Part shown: piece by piece, positions 1-8,377 of the stretch
How positions within the stretch are numbered: the first letter of the stretch is position 1
Layout: each line of letters opens with the position of its first letter
From: an uncultured bacterium
GTDB lineage: Bacteria; T1Sed10-126
Assembly: GCA_964555265.1 (NCBI GenBank)
Contig: CAZKRS010000001.1
Span: 1 to 31,960 of the forward strand
Direction of reading: 5' to 3'
DNA length: 31,960 bases
Notes under the pieces: model-generated
What the model was told of the DNA's origin: nothing
Database searches by the model: none
The model's input: the letters and a program-made list of their open reading frames with translations, nothing else
Program-made: the position numbers and the translations under genes

Positions 1-70
1 GCCGGGCTTGACCCGGCAATCCATTTTGAAGTTACCATAGATTCCGGGTCTACGTTCGCCCGGAATGACG
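1..70. repeat. Inverted pair of short palindromic REP-like repeats (CGTC-tagged type), left unit cut by window edge
   Basis: Hairpin GCCGGG-cttga-CCCGGC followed by AATC (1-21); second unit ATTCCGGG(41-48)-N10-CCCGGAAT(59-66)-GACG, whose reverse complement begins CGTCATTCCGGG. Confidence 0.6.
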
Positions 71-201
71 TCGGTCGGTTGTATATACAGCTGCTATTTG
101 TATACTAAATCTTGATTTTATTGTAATATAATACTATTTGCAAGGGTGTTAAAGGTAAAAACATGATTTTTAAAGCTGCCGAATTGAGGGAGATCTAATC
201 A

Positions 202-1059
202 ATGGGTATAAATTTCTTCAAACTTCACGGACTTGGCAACGATTATATTGTCATTGACGAGAGAAAAAAACAGGTAATTGTAGAAGAATCAAAAAAAGAT
301 TTTGCCCAGAAAGTATGCCGGCGGGGTTTCTCAGCCGGTGCGGACGGAGTTCTCTACCTTAAAAAACATGAAAATGAAGACCTGCAGATGCGTATTTTCA
401 ACGCCGACGGTTCAGAAGCCGAATCCTGCGGGAACGGCCTCCGCTGTGCGGCCTATTACCACCACGGTATTAACCGGGAGGGGGAAAGTAAATTCAGAAT
501 CAACCTCCCCCTGGCCGCCCCGGTAGAAGCAGAAGTTAGCGTAAAAGAACCCCCACTGGGCCAGGTTACGTTAAAACTTGGGGAAACGGAAAAATATTAT
601 GGAAAAATGAAACTGGAAATTAACGGTAAACTTCTGCATTACCACTCAGTTGATGTTGGAAACCCGCACGCAGTCTTTTTCCTGGGGGAAAACGAATTTC
701 TGCCCCAGACCCTGGAAGAAATTGAGCTGGACAGCCTGGGACCCAAACTGCAGAACCACCCCCGGTTTGAAGAGACCGACGGTATCAACGCCGAGTTTGT
801 GGTTACCGACCGGCGTGGAAACGCCGAAATGCGTGTGCACGAACGTGGAGTCGGGGAAACTACTTCCTGCGGAACCGGCAGTATGGCTGTCGCCCGCTCG
901 ATAATTGAAACGGAACGAGCCAAAGGATGGGTGGAAGTAAGCCAGCCCGGGGGGATGCTTGTGATTCACCCCCGGGAAAACAAACTATCCGGCCCGGCCG
1001 AATTTTCCTACGAAGGTAAGTTCCCCGACAATTTCCGGATTGAGTCGACCAGCCAATGA
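202..1059 (+). CDS. dapF: Diaminopimelate epimerase
   Basis: N-terminal KLHGLGNDY, GADG, both catalytic Cys motifs (ESCGNG, SCGTG), VDVGNPH, ERGVGET; GAGG-type RBS upstream. Confidence 0.96.
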   Translation: MGINFFKLHGLGNDYIVIDERKKQVIVEESKKDFAQKVCRRGFSAGADGVLYLKKHENEDLQMRIFNADGSEAESCGNGLRCAAYYHHGINREGESKFRINLPLAAPVEAEVSVKEPPLGQVTLKLGETEKYYGKMKLEINGKLLHYHSVDVGNPHAVFFLGENEFLPQTLEEIELDSLGPKLQNHPRFEETDGINAEFVVTDRRGNAEMRVHERGVGETTSCGTGSMAVARSIIETERAKGWVEVSQPGGMLVIHPRENKLSGPAEFSYEGKFPDNFRIESTSQ

Positions 1060-1700
1060 GTTTCAGAAAAAAACGTTCCGAAAACGATAGTTTCCCCTGG
1101 GCCAAACGGGCTGAAACGGGAGTTTTTTCGGCGTTCGTGGAAACCACTAAAAAAATATTTGTTCAGCCCGCCGCTTTTTTTAAAACGCTGGAGCGCAACG
1201 GCAATCTAAAAGACGACCTGCTTTTTGCCGCAATTATGGGCACCATCCCCTCGGTGATTATCTTCCTGTTTTTCCTGGTTTTTTCTCTAGAGGGGCTGGA
1301 AGAACTGCGGGATTTATATATCTCTTTAAGCGGGGTTGAATTTCAATCGATTGGAATGGGGCTTATAATTACGGTTACCACTCCCCTCCAGGTGATTGTC
1401 AGTCTGTTTATTTTTGGAGGATTAATCCATATTTTTCTACGCCTGTTTGGCTGGCGCCGGGCGGCTCTCCCCGGGACGATTCGGGCTCTCAGCTACAGCA
1501 CAACCGCAGGGCTGGCCGGTATTTTTCCCCTGGTAGGTGGATTAATTGGAACAATCTGGGGATTAATCCTGCAGACAATCGGAATTAAAACTATCCATAA
1601 ACTGACAGCCGGCAAAGCTTTTTTGGCTATTATTTCTCCCCTTCTCGCAATTATTTTACTGGTGGCCGTATCTGTAGTCGTTATCGGCCTGGCTTTTTAA
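1056..1700 (+). CDS. YIP1-family multi-pass membrane protein
   Basis: IFVQPAAFFKTL N-terminal motif followed by about 5 hydrophobic helices; ATGA overlap with dapF stop. Confidence 0.75.
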   Translation: MSFRKKRSENDSFPWAKRAETGVFSAFVETTKKIFVQPAAFFKTLERNGNLKDDLLFAAIMGTIPSVIIFLFFLVFSLEGLEELRDLYISLSGVEFQSIGMGLIITVTTPLQVIVSLFIFGGLIHIFLRLFGWRRAALPGTIRALSYSTTAGLAGIFPLVGGLIGTIWGLILQTIGIKTIHKLTAGKAFLAIISPLLAIILLVAVSVVVIGLAF

Positions 1701-2452
1701 TTTTTACGTGAGGCACAAACTTCACAATCAATATCCCGGGATATTTCAAGCCGGTTAAAATCAAGCTCAAACAGATCTACACAGAACAGTTCCCCAAAAA
1801 GGACAGGTTCCTCCCCCAGTAGCAGCCTTGTGACCTCCCCAACCTGAATTATACCGATAAGGCCGGGAACCATGCTGGCCGGGCCGGGCGCTTCCATGCA
1901 GTCTTCCTGGTCCAGATCCGGATATAAACAGCGATAACAGGGACCCCGGTCGGGAAGAAAAGTGGAAGCTTGACCTTCAAACCGGTAGACAGCGCCATGA
2001 ACAAGCGGCATCCGGTATTCAAGAGCCAGTTTGTTTAACAGCAGGCGGGTGCGGTAATTATCCACGGCATCAACAAGCAGATCATAATTACCTGCCGCCA
2101 TAATCCGGGCGGCACTATCCCGGTTGAACCGGGTGTTATGAGCTTCAAATTCAACACCGGAGTTTAAAGATTTTAAACGCTCAACAGCCGCAAAAACCTT
2201 ATTTTTTCCAACGTCTTCCTCGGTGTAAAGAATTTGCCGCTGGAGGTTGGAAATTTCCAGCTTATCGCTATCAACAATACCAATTTTCCCCACACCAAGG
2301 GCGGTCAAATAGTATAACACCGGCCCGCCGAGCCCGCCGGCCCCAACCACAAGAACCCGCGATGACAATAATTTTTCCTGACCGGCTTCCCCTATTTCAG
2401 GGACCTGCAGGTTGCGGTCGTAACGCTGTCTCTGTGGTTCGGATAAACTCAA
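1697..2452 (-). CDS. ThiF/MoeB/HesA-family adenylyltransferase (no rhodanese domain)
   Basis: RYDRNL, GAGGLG nucleotide-binding loop, SNLQRQ, DAVDN, Zn motifs CYRC and CEVC; TTG start after GGGGAGAG. Confidence 0.9.
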   Translation of the reverse strand: MSLSEPQRQRYDRNLQVPEIGEAGQEKLLSSRVLVVGAGGLGGPVLYYLTALGVGKIGIVDSDKLEISNLQRQILYTEEDVGKNKVFAAVERLKSLNSGVEFEAHNTRFNRDSAARIMAAGNYDLLVDAVDNYRTRLLLNKLALEYRMPLVHGAVYRFEGQASTFLPDRGPCYRCLYPDLDQEDCMEAPGPASMVPGLIGIIQVGEVTRLLLGEEPVLFGELFCVDLFELDFNRLEISRDIDCEVCASRKN

Positions 2453-2624
2453 GATTTTTTTCTCTCCCCGGACTATTATTGAGATTAAACAGCAACATGG
2501 GGAATGGATGAGTTGACTGGCTGTGAACTTGATGATCCCCCCGGCGATAGACCTTTTTTTTGTTTTAATTTTTTAAAAGGCGGAAATTTAAAAAATGAGC
2601 CGATTTAGCCCCTGGACTACTGGA

Positions 2625-3998
2625 CTACGTTTCCAAATAAGAAAGACCCAGCTCCACAGCTTCTTCTAACTCCGAGTCGTCAAGTTCGCCGGCTTCAGCG
2701 TCCTGAGCAAATTCGTATAATTTATTCAAATGCTCGAAAAGACGGGTAATCGGGATCGCCATTTCGATATCTTCAAGAAATATCTTCACTTCCGCGGCAA
2801 ACGGGTGGCCCCCACCGGTAATCATGTCCGGTTCACCGTATTCTTCGGCCAGTTCGTTAGAAAGTACGTCCGCTATCCTGCCCAGGTGAATCTTGTCACC
2901 GACCGCCCGGAAAGAAAAATGACCGCCACCGTCGCGCTGATTGTTAACCATAACCATGATGGTCGGCTTGTCGTCATTCTGGCGGGAAATTTTCCCAAGT
3001 TTCACACTGCCCACCATGGGCATCAACGGCGTATCTTCGCCGGTGAATAAATAAACATCAACCGGCCCGAACCTCCCGTATAAAAAGGCGGACTCAAAAA
3101 GCTCGAGGCTCCATTCCCAGTCAGATTTAAAATACGTAAAAATACGTTCCACGAGGTCGTCTCTCTCACTGAGAGCAATCATCTCGTCAAGTGATTCTAT
3201 TTCTTTGAGCTGCGGGAGGTTGCCGGCAAGTGCAAGCATCTCCTCAAAACAAAGTTCGGTGGCATCAATTTCAGCCAGCTCCTCGTCCCGGTCGCCGTAA
3301 AAATACTGGAAACCACCGCCGGAGACGGCAAAATAGAGTTCGGAGATCTGGTTGAGCAGCAAGGTCTGCTCACGCTGATCGATTTCCATCCAGGTCGGTC
3401 GACCTGCAAAAGGTTCAAGCAGGTTGGCCCACTCCTCCTTAACTTCTTCAAAAAACGGTTTGACGAAATCGGGGATGACGCCTTTCATAGGCATTATCGT
3501 CCAGTCGGAACGAAGGGCAACCAGGGCCAGAAAATCGTCAAGACCATCCGTTTCATCGACAAGGTTCACTAACATATGACTCTGCAGACCGGTGCAGCAA
3601 CCACCATCCGGGTTGTAAAGAAGACAGTTCTCCGGCTCGCCCGAAGTGTAGTGATGGTCCACCACAACCACGGAATCAATCACTTCGGTAAGTTCGTCGT
3701 ACTGGGCAAGCGTTCCCTTGTCGAGGATAAACATTGCATCGTATTGCTCGTTTTTTTCTTCCAGCAAATTCTTCACCCGGTTGGTCTCCAGCTCAAACGT
3801 ATGGGGCAGCTCAACCTGGTAGTCGTGACCGGCTCTATCCAGGTAACGACTCAGTATGGTTGCTGCAACCACGCCGTCCGGGTCGTCGTGACTGTAGACC
3901 AGTATGTTTTTCTTCTCACCGGCGTCCAGTATTTCGGCAATTTCATCAAGTACCGGATATTCTTCCCGCTGTTTTTCAATAAATTCTTGATAATCCAA
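2625..3998 (-). CDS. DHH/DHHA1-family phosphoesterase (RecJ/NrnA superfamily), substrate unknown
   Basis: SHDDPDG, ILDKG, VVDHH, FSFR and GGGHPFAA motifs. ORF track starts at ATG 4013 (no RBS); GGAGGT lies 7 nt before the in-frame TTG at 3998, so that start is preferred. Confidence 0.85.
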   Translation of the reverse strand: MDYQEFIEKQREEYPVLDEIAEILDAGEKKNILVYSHDDPDGVVAATILSRYLDRAGHDYQVELPHTFELETNRVKNLLEEKNEQYDAMFILDKGTLAQYDELTEVIDSVVVVDHHYTSGEPENCLLYNPDGGCCTGLQSHMLVNLVDETDGLDDFLALVALRSDWTIMPMKGVIPDFVKPFFEEVKEEWANLLEPFAGRPTWMEIDQREQTLLLNQISELYFAVSGGGFQYFYGDRDEELAEIDATELCFEEMLALAGNLPQLKEIESLDEMIALSERDDLVERIFTYFKSDWEWSLELFESAFLYGRFGPVDVYLFTGEDTPLMPMVGSVKLGKISRQNDDKPTIMVMVNNQRDGGGHFSFRAVGDKIHLGRIADVLSNELAEEYGEPDMITGGGHPFAAEVKIFLEDIEMAIPITRLFEHLNKLYEFAQDAEAGELDDSELEEAVELGLSYLET

Positions 3999-4036
3999 GG
4001 TTTTTACCTCCATAAAAAATTAATTGAGTGCATAGG

Positions 4037-4065
4037 ATAATATGTTTAAGGAGATTATTTGTCAA
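4037..4065 (-). promoter_or_regulatory. sigma70-type promoter for the DHH gene
   Basis: Minus strand TTGACA (4065-4060), 17 nt spacer, TATTAT (4042-4037). Confidence 0.7.
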
Positions 4066-4142
4066 TAAATCCCAAGCTTCCCACTTTTACCCTGATTTTT
4101 TTGTCCACTGCGAGGGCGAGACAGTAGCAAGAGGCCGACGGA

Positions 4143-4595
4143 TTAAAATTCGCCATCGCTATCGATCAGAACGGTCACCGGACCGTCGTTATCGGCTTCA
4201 ATATCCATCATTGCTCCAAACTCGCCGCTGGCCACCGGGGAATGTTTAGCTTCCATTTTCTTCAAAAACAACTCATAAAGTTCCTCGGCCCGCCCCGGCG
4301 GTGCGGCCCGGTCAAAACTGGGGCGAAGGCCCCGTGACACATCACCGTAGAGAGTAAACTGGGGGATAATCAACACTCCCCCCCTGGCCTCAGCAACATT
4401 TTTTTCCATCCTTCCCTCCTCATCTCCAAAAACACGTAATCCGATGATCTTTTTCACCAGGTAATCAACATCCTCTTCACCGTCTCCCTCACCGACGCCC
4501 AGAAAGACAAGCAAACCTCTATCGATACTCCCCACCTCCTCGCCATTAACCCGGCAAAGAGCGCTATCAACTCGCTGCACGACTACACGCATCAT
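4143..4595 (-). CDS. dtd: D-aminoacyl-tRNA deacylase
   Basis: MRVVVQRV start, PQFTLYGD, RPSF, GEFGAMM, catalytic NDGPVT; GGGAGGT RBS before ATG 4595 (ORF-track start 4646 is too long). Confidence 0.96.
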   Translation of the reverse strand: MMRVVVQRVDSALCRVNGEEVGSIDRGLLVFLGVGEGDGEEDVDYLVKKIIGLRVFGDEEGRMEKNVAEARGGVLIIPQFTLYGDVSRGLRPSFDRAAPPGRAEELYELFLKKMEAKHSPVASGEFGAMMDIEADNDGPVTVLIDSDGEF

Positions 4596-4774
4596 TTGAC
4601 ACCTCCCGGTAAAAATAAAAATTTTATCATCCAAATGACCGGGCAATGTTCCATATTTAGCCCGGCGCCCCGCGATTTCCCTCCAGGGCCAACATAACGG
4701 GTTTTTGTTTTTTCGCCTTTTTCAAGGTTTTATTTTTTGTTTTTGCGCCCCGCTCCCCGCGATTTTAATTGTGG

Positions 4775-5404
4775 CTAAGTATTATTATCCTTTTCTTTTT
4801 GAAACTTCAGGTAATAAACAAGCCATCCCAGCAGGGCAATAACTATCAGAACGAGCAATACCTGGGTTGTTATATCCCCTATTCTCATCACCAGGGCCAG
4901 GGCTGAAGTTATCCGGGGACCAAAAATATAAGCAATAAAATAAACTACGGGCATGCTGATTAAGCCGGCGGCAGCATCATATTTCAAAAAATCAACCAGC
5001 CTCATTTTAAGCATCCCGGCGGTAAAAAAGGCGGGGAAACGAATACCGGGCGCCTGGCGGGCGGCCAGCAGGGCCCGGGGACCGTAGCGGCGGTAGTAAT
5101 ACTGGGCCTGAGCCAGTCTTTTACGACTAACAATCCATTTCATAATCCAGGTTCCCAAAAACCAGCGTCCCGTATAGCGACCCATAAAATAAGTTATTAA
5201 ATCACCGGCCAGCACCCCGGCATAACAGACAAAAAAAGTAAACCAGAACTCCATACGACCGGTGGCCACCATGTATCCGCTTATCACGATCGTAACCTCT
5301 TCCGGCAGCGGCACACCCAATCCTGCCACGGTCAGGGCTACAAAAACGGCAAAATAACGGTATTCAATTACCAGTGGTAAAATAAACTCAAGGTAAGCCA
5401 GCAA
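4775..5404 (-). CDS. DedA-family membrane protein
   Basis: GLGVPLPEE, GDLITYFMGR, ARQAPGIR and AGMLKM DedA/SNARE-associated motifs; several TM segments; TTG start. Confidence 0.9.
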   Translation of the reverse strand: MLAYLEFILPLVIEYRYFAVFVALTVAGLGVPLPEEVTIVISGYMVATGRMEFWFTFFVCYAGVLAGDLITYFMGRYTGRWFLGTWIMKWIVSRKRLAQAQYYYRRYGPRALLAARQAPGIRFPAFFTAGMLKMRLVDFLKYDAAAGLISMPVVYFIAYIFGPRITSALALVMRIGDITTQVLLVLIVIALLGWLVYYLKFQKEKDNNT

Positions 5405-5516
5405 TTTTTTTCATCCTCTTGTTGATTAAGTATTTATTAGAAAGCCAGTGATTGAATGATTGAGTAAAAATGAGATTGTAGATCTAACGAGCAGTCAGAA
5501 CAATTAAAAATAAAAT

Positions 5517-6707
5517 TTAACTTTCCGAAAAAACAAGGAGCAATTCGGCTGAGAACTTATGTTCATAATTGTTATCTTTCAGGGGAGCAATTTCCGAGGC
5601 AGTTTCAAGACCAACAAGCGGAAATTCTCCCCACCGGTCTTTAATTATATCTAAATCCACATTTTTTTTGTCATAAAGTTCAACACCACGGGCAAAACTT
5701 TTCATCAGCAAACCAAAGGCCGGCGGACCGGAGGGGCTGGAATTAGCCATCTCATTAACGGTGGTTCTGAAATTATCCCGGGCACCGTAAGAATTTTTAA
5801 TGGCAAAAGATATTTTCTGCCCTTCCCTGATCTGCTCATCAACAGCAAAAGCTTTGTTTGCCGCATCCACTCCGACAACATCACGCAAAATAAATTCTCC
5901 CCGTCCGATTACTTCGCTTTCCGGGTCGATTGAAAGAGCAATAAATAAATCTTCCGGCGGAGAACCGCTTATATCGGCAACATATTTGCGCAGTGACTCA
6001 GACATAACCTCCAGCGCCGGACGATTATCAAGTTCAATAATATAATTCTGGCGGGCCGCTGTTATGTAAAATGTATCGCCAATCGGGTGATGGGCGGGGC
6101 TTATACCGAAAGTGGAATTTATTTCACCGGTAAGTATAAAACCGGACAATGAGTTGTAGCCCTGGCGACCGGAGCCAAGCTGATAAACCGCCTGGTCGGA
6201 CTTTTTATCCCCGTCGGGTCGACCGGCTCCCGTGGCGCCCAGCAGCGGGTAAAAATCGAGTTTTTCCCGAAAACCACGAAAAAAGACGGGGGCCCGAAAA
6301 CTGTACGGGTCGGGAAATATGCAGACTACCGGGGCTTGATTCGAATCAGCTTGAACCCGGCCGGCCAGTGAGCTGCCAATGGATAGATTTTTAAACTGAA
6401 GATTATCCCGGTAGATAGTCCTGAAACTTATCGCCGGGGAACTTACCCCGAGTAAAGCAAGCCCGGGTCTGTTTTCATGTTCGGCGGCGGTTGTAATAAC
6501 TCCCCGGGTGCTGCAGCCAACGATCTTATCCGCCCCGGTTATATTTTTTATATACCGGTTCAGATCTGCCCGGAAATAGCCCGCCGTGGCAAAAATTATA
6601 ACCCAGTCCGGACCGGCCGGAGTCAAGCGGGATATTACCGAAGAAGCCGCCTCTTCACAGGCCCGGCGGGGATCGGGGGCAGAGCTGTGGCCCGCTGCCG
6701 CTTTCAT
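5517..6707 (-). CDS. Stand-alone FIST-N/FIST-C sensory domain protein
   Basis: IVGCSTRGVI, PLLGATG, NYIIELDNRPALE, LRDVVGVD, GLETASEIAP resemble FIST consensus; 396 aa is typical of the family. Confidence 0.85.
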   Translation of the reverse strand: MKAAAGHSSAPDPRRACEEAASSVISRLTPAGPDWVIIFATAGYFRADLNRYIKNITGADKIVGCSTRGVITTAAEHENRPGLALLGVSSPAISFRTIYRDNLQFKNLSIGSSLAGRVQADSNQAPVVCIFPDPYSFRAPVFFRGFREKLDFYPLLGATGAGRPDGDKKSDQAVYQLGSGRQGYNSLSGFILTGEINSTFGISPAHHPIGDTFYITAARQNYIIELDNRPALEVMSESLRKYVADISGSPPEDLFIALSIDPESEVIGRGEFILRDVVGVDAANKAFAVDEQIREGQKISFAIKNSYGARDNFRTTVNEMANSSPSGPPAFGLLMKSFARGVELYDKKNVDLDIIKDRWGEFPLVGLETASEIAPLKDNNYEHKFSAELLLVFSES

Positions 6708-6709
6708 AA

Positions 6710-6901
6710 TCAGGCGAGTTCCTCTTCCAGGGCCTCCCGCCCCCGGTTAAGAGCATCTACAAACCCGTTAAACTGGTCAATTTCCAGGGTAAAATGAACA
6801 AAATTATACTGAACAACAACTCCATTCTCTGCCGGATCAAACCAGACCGAAATATAATCGCCGTCCTCATCCTCAAACTCAGCCAGGTTAACAATGGACA
6901 T
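6710..6901 (-). CDS. Small acidic hypothetical protein (63 aa)
   Basis: Strong GAGGAGG RBS; stop 2 nt before the FIST start; 15 D/E against 2 R and 0 K. Confidence 0.7.
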   Translation of the reverse strand: MSIVNLAEFEDEDGDYISVWFDPAENGVVVQYNFVHFTLEIDQFNGFVDALNRGREALEEELA

Positions 6902-7013
6902 CGCTTTTTCCTCCTCTTAAAGGTATGTAAAATATTCGAAGTAAATTTATCTTATTTTAACGGTTTCTTCCAGAATTTACAGACATGCCCGGGTAACCGG
7001 GATTTATTTAAAC

Positions 7014-7282
7014 TGTGCTCTCCCGGGGTTCTGGTTACAGATCATCTGTATTCTCCCAGTAATCCATTTACAGATAAATGAGGTTTCTGATTATCGGAAT
7101 TTTATAACCCGCAAGGGACAGGAGGTTCCTGTTATGCGGGATATAAACCTCGGAGCAGCCCGGAGGGCTGCGAGAATGAGATCATCAGAGACCTTATTTA
7201 TTCTTCCCTGGTTTGTAACCAGAACCCTGGGAGAGCACAGATCATCCCTTATCATAAGCACTCTCTGGCGCCCTCATTCTCG
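7014..7282. mobile_element. Relic end of a related element, interrupted by MITE copy 1
   Basis: 7014-7039 is 25/26 identical to the right TIR of MITE copy 1. With the MITE and one TSD removed, CTCTG-N5-CTCATTCTCG (7263-7282) falls at the same offset (23 nt after the TIR) as in the MITE. Confidence 0.55.
7047..7239 (+). mobile_element. 193-bp MITE, copy 1 (TGT...ACA ends, IS481-like by inference)
   Basis: Imperfect 26-bp TIRs (18/26; 11/13 at the tips); 7-bp direct repeat GATCATC at 7040-7046 and 7240-7246; 192/193 identical to the reverse complement of 18269-18461. Confidence 0.93.
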
Positions 7283-7412
7283 AACGCCATCCTTCCGGTG
7301 GGTTCTCACTTTCTCAGGATAGATGTTTCCCATCAGGAAAATATGCGGTAAAATGGTATGCTGGGTATTATCTGTTTATCCACCTCTGGCAGACAATAAC
7401 GGGAGGTTAACG

Positions 7413-7553
7413 ATGGCCAGTCAGCTAACCGAACAGGCCCGCCGGGAAGTCCTGGAGCTTGAAGACGTCGAGTTGGTCTTTGATCCTTCCCGGTCAAAAG
7501 ATATGATTACGGAAGATGGACAGGCCAGGTTGAACGAACCGGGCTATATGTAA
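7413..7553 (+). pseudogene. 46-aa ORF resembling the C-terminal half of DUF59/MIP18 (Fe-S assembly SufT-like) proteins
   Basis: MASQLTEQARREVLELEDVELVFDPSRSKDMITEDGQARL resembles the DUF59 tail after the CP motif (..VELVxDPPW..DM..E.A...L); no Cys and no N-terminal half; GGGAGG RBS present. Confidence 0.5.
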
Positions 7554-7583
7554 TGAAAATTTAGTTGCAGGGAGTCTGTCAAG

Positions 7584-8366
7584 ATGAAAATTATTGCTCT
7601 TATTGAAACGCTGGGTAGATATGGACGTGAAAAAATTGAAGACCTGGGCAAGTTCGGTGTTTTCCTGGGGAAAATATTTCAGACCATTTTTACTCCTCCC
7701 CTGAAAATAAAACGTGTCATTGACCGGATTCACACGATCGGCAGCTCTTCAATAGGGTTAATCTTCCTGATTAGTTCATTTACCGGCGCCGTCCTCGGGC
7801 TGCAGGTTTATTATCAGCTTGTCCAGTTTGGAGCCGCCGCCCGGACGGGGACTGTGGTCTCGCTTTCTTTGATCAGGGAACTGGGACCGGTTGTCTGCGC
7901 CCTGATGATTGCCGGACGGGCGGGGACGGCCATTGCCTCGGAGCTGGGAGTAATGCGGATCTCCGAACAGTTCGACGCCCTGAGCATCATGGATCTAAAT
8001 CCTTTCCGCTATTTTATTGCTCCTATTTTTATTGCTATGATCATCTCCGTCTTTCTGCTCACGACCATATTTAATCTGGTTGGGATCCTGGGCGGATACG
8101 TAGTTAGTGGCGGGCTACTGGCCCTTTCGCGGGGAGCTTATTTTGGGGGGATTGAGGATTTTGTAACCATGTGGGATATCACTAACGGATTAATAAAAGC
8201 CCTGGTTTTTGGGGGAATAGTTGCCTGGGTGAGCTGCTACAAAGGTTATTACTGCCGGCACGGGGCGGAAGGGGTCGGACGTGCCTCAACTGAAACCATG
8301 GTTCACTCCAGTATATTAATTTTAGTTGCCGACTATATCATGACATCAATTATGTTCACCGGTTAG
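7584..8366 (+). CDS. mlaE: Mla/Ttg2 ABC transporter permease
   Basis: RELGPVVCALMIAGRAGTAIASELGVMRISEQFDAL signature; GAEGVGRAST. Confidence 0.95.
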   Translation: MKIIALIETLGRYGREKIEDLGKFGVFLGKIFQTIFTPPLKIKRVIDRIHTIGSSSIGLIFLISSFTGAVLGLQVYYQLVQFGAAARTGTVVSLSLIRELGPVVCALMIAGRAGTAIASELGVMRISEQFDALSIMDLNPFRYFIAPIFIAMIISVFLLTTIFNLVGILGGYVVSGGLLALSRGAYFGGIEDFVTMWDITNGLIKALVFGGIVAWVSCYKGYYCRHGAEGVGRASTETMVHSSILILVADYIMTSIMFTG

Positions 8367-8377
8367 GAGAAAGAACA

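Noticed and set aside
79-132. Promoter for dapF (TATACT 101-106, TATAAT 127-132)
   Set aside because: No well-spaced consensus -35; AT-rich DNA gives several equally weak options
1697-1700. Convergent YIP1 and ThiF/MoeB genes overlapping on a shared TTAA
   Set aside because: A common compact arrangement; no further signal
2453-2624. TPP or Moco riboswitch upstream of the ThiF/MoeB gene (also sought before ilvD/thiO)
   Set aside because: No CTGAGA/GAACCTGA-type TPP core or other recognisable aptamer by eye; an Rfam scan would be decisive
4143-4595. PQFTL instead of SQFTL in Dtd
   Set aside because: Catalytic Gly-Pro and all other motifs are intact; a single variant residue is not enough to claim altered function
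7007-7381. Target duplication and complete second end for the relic element
   Set aside because: Left flank TTTAAAC has no convincing match at the putative far end, so only the solo TIR and offset motif are claimed
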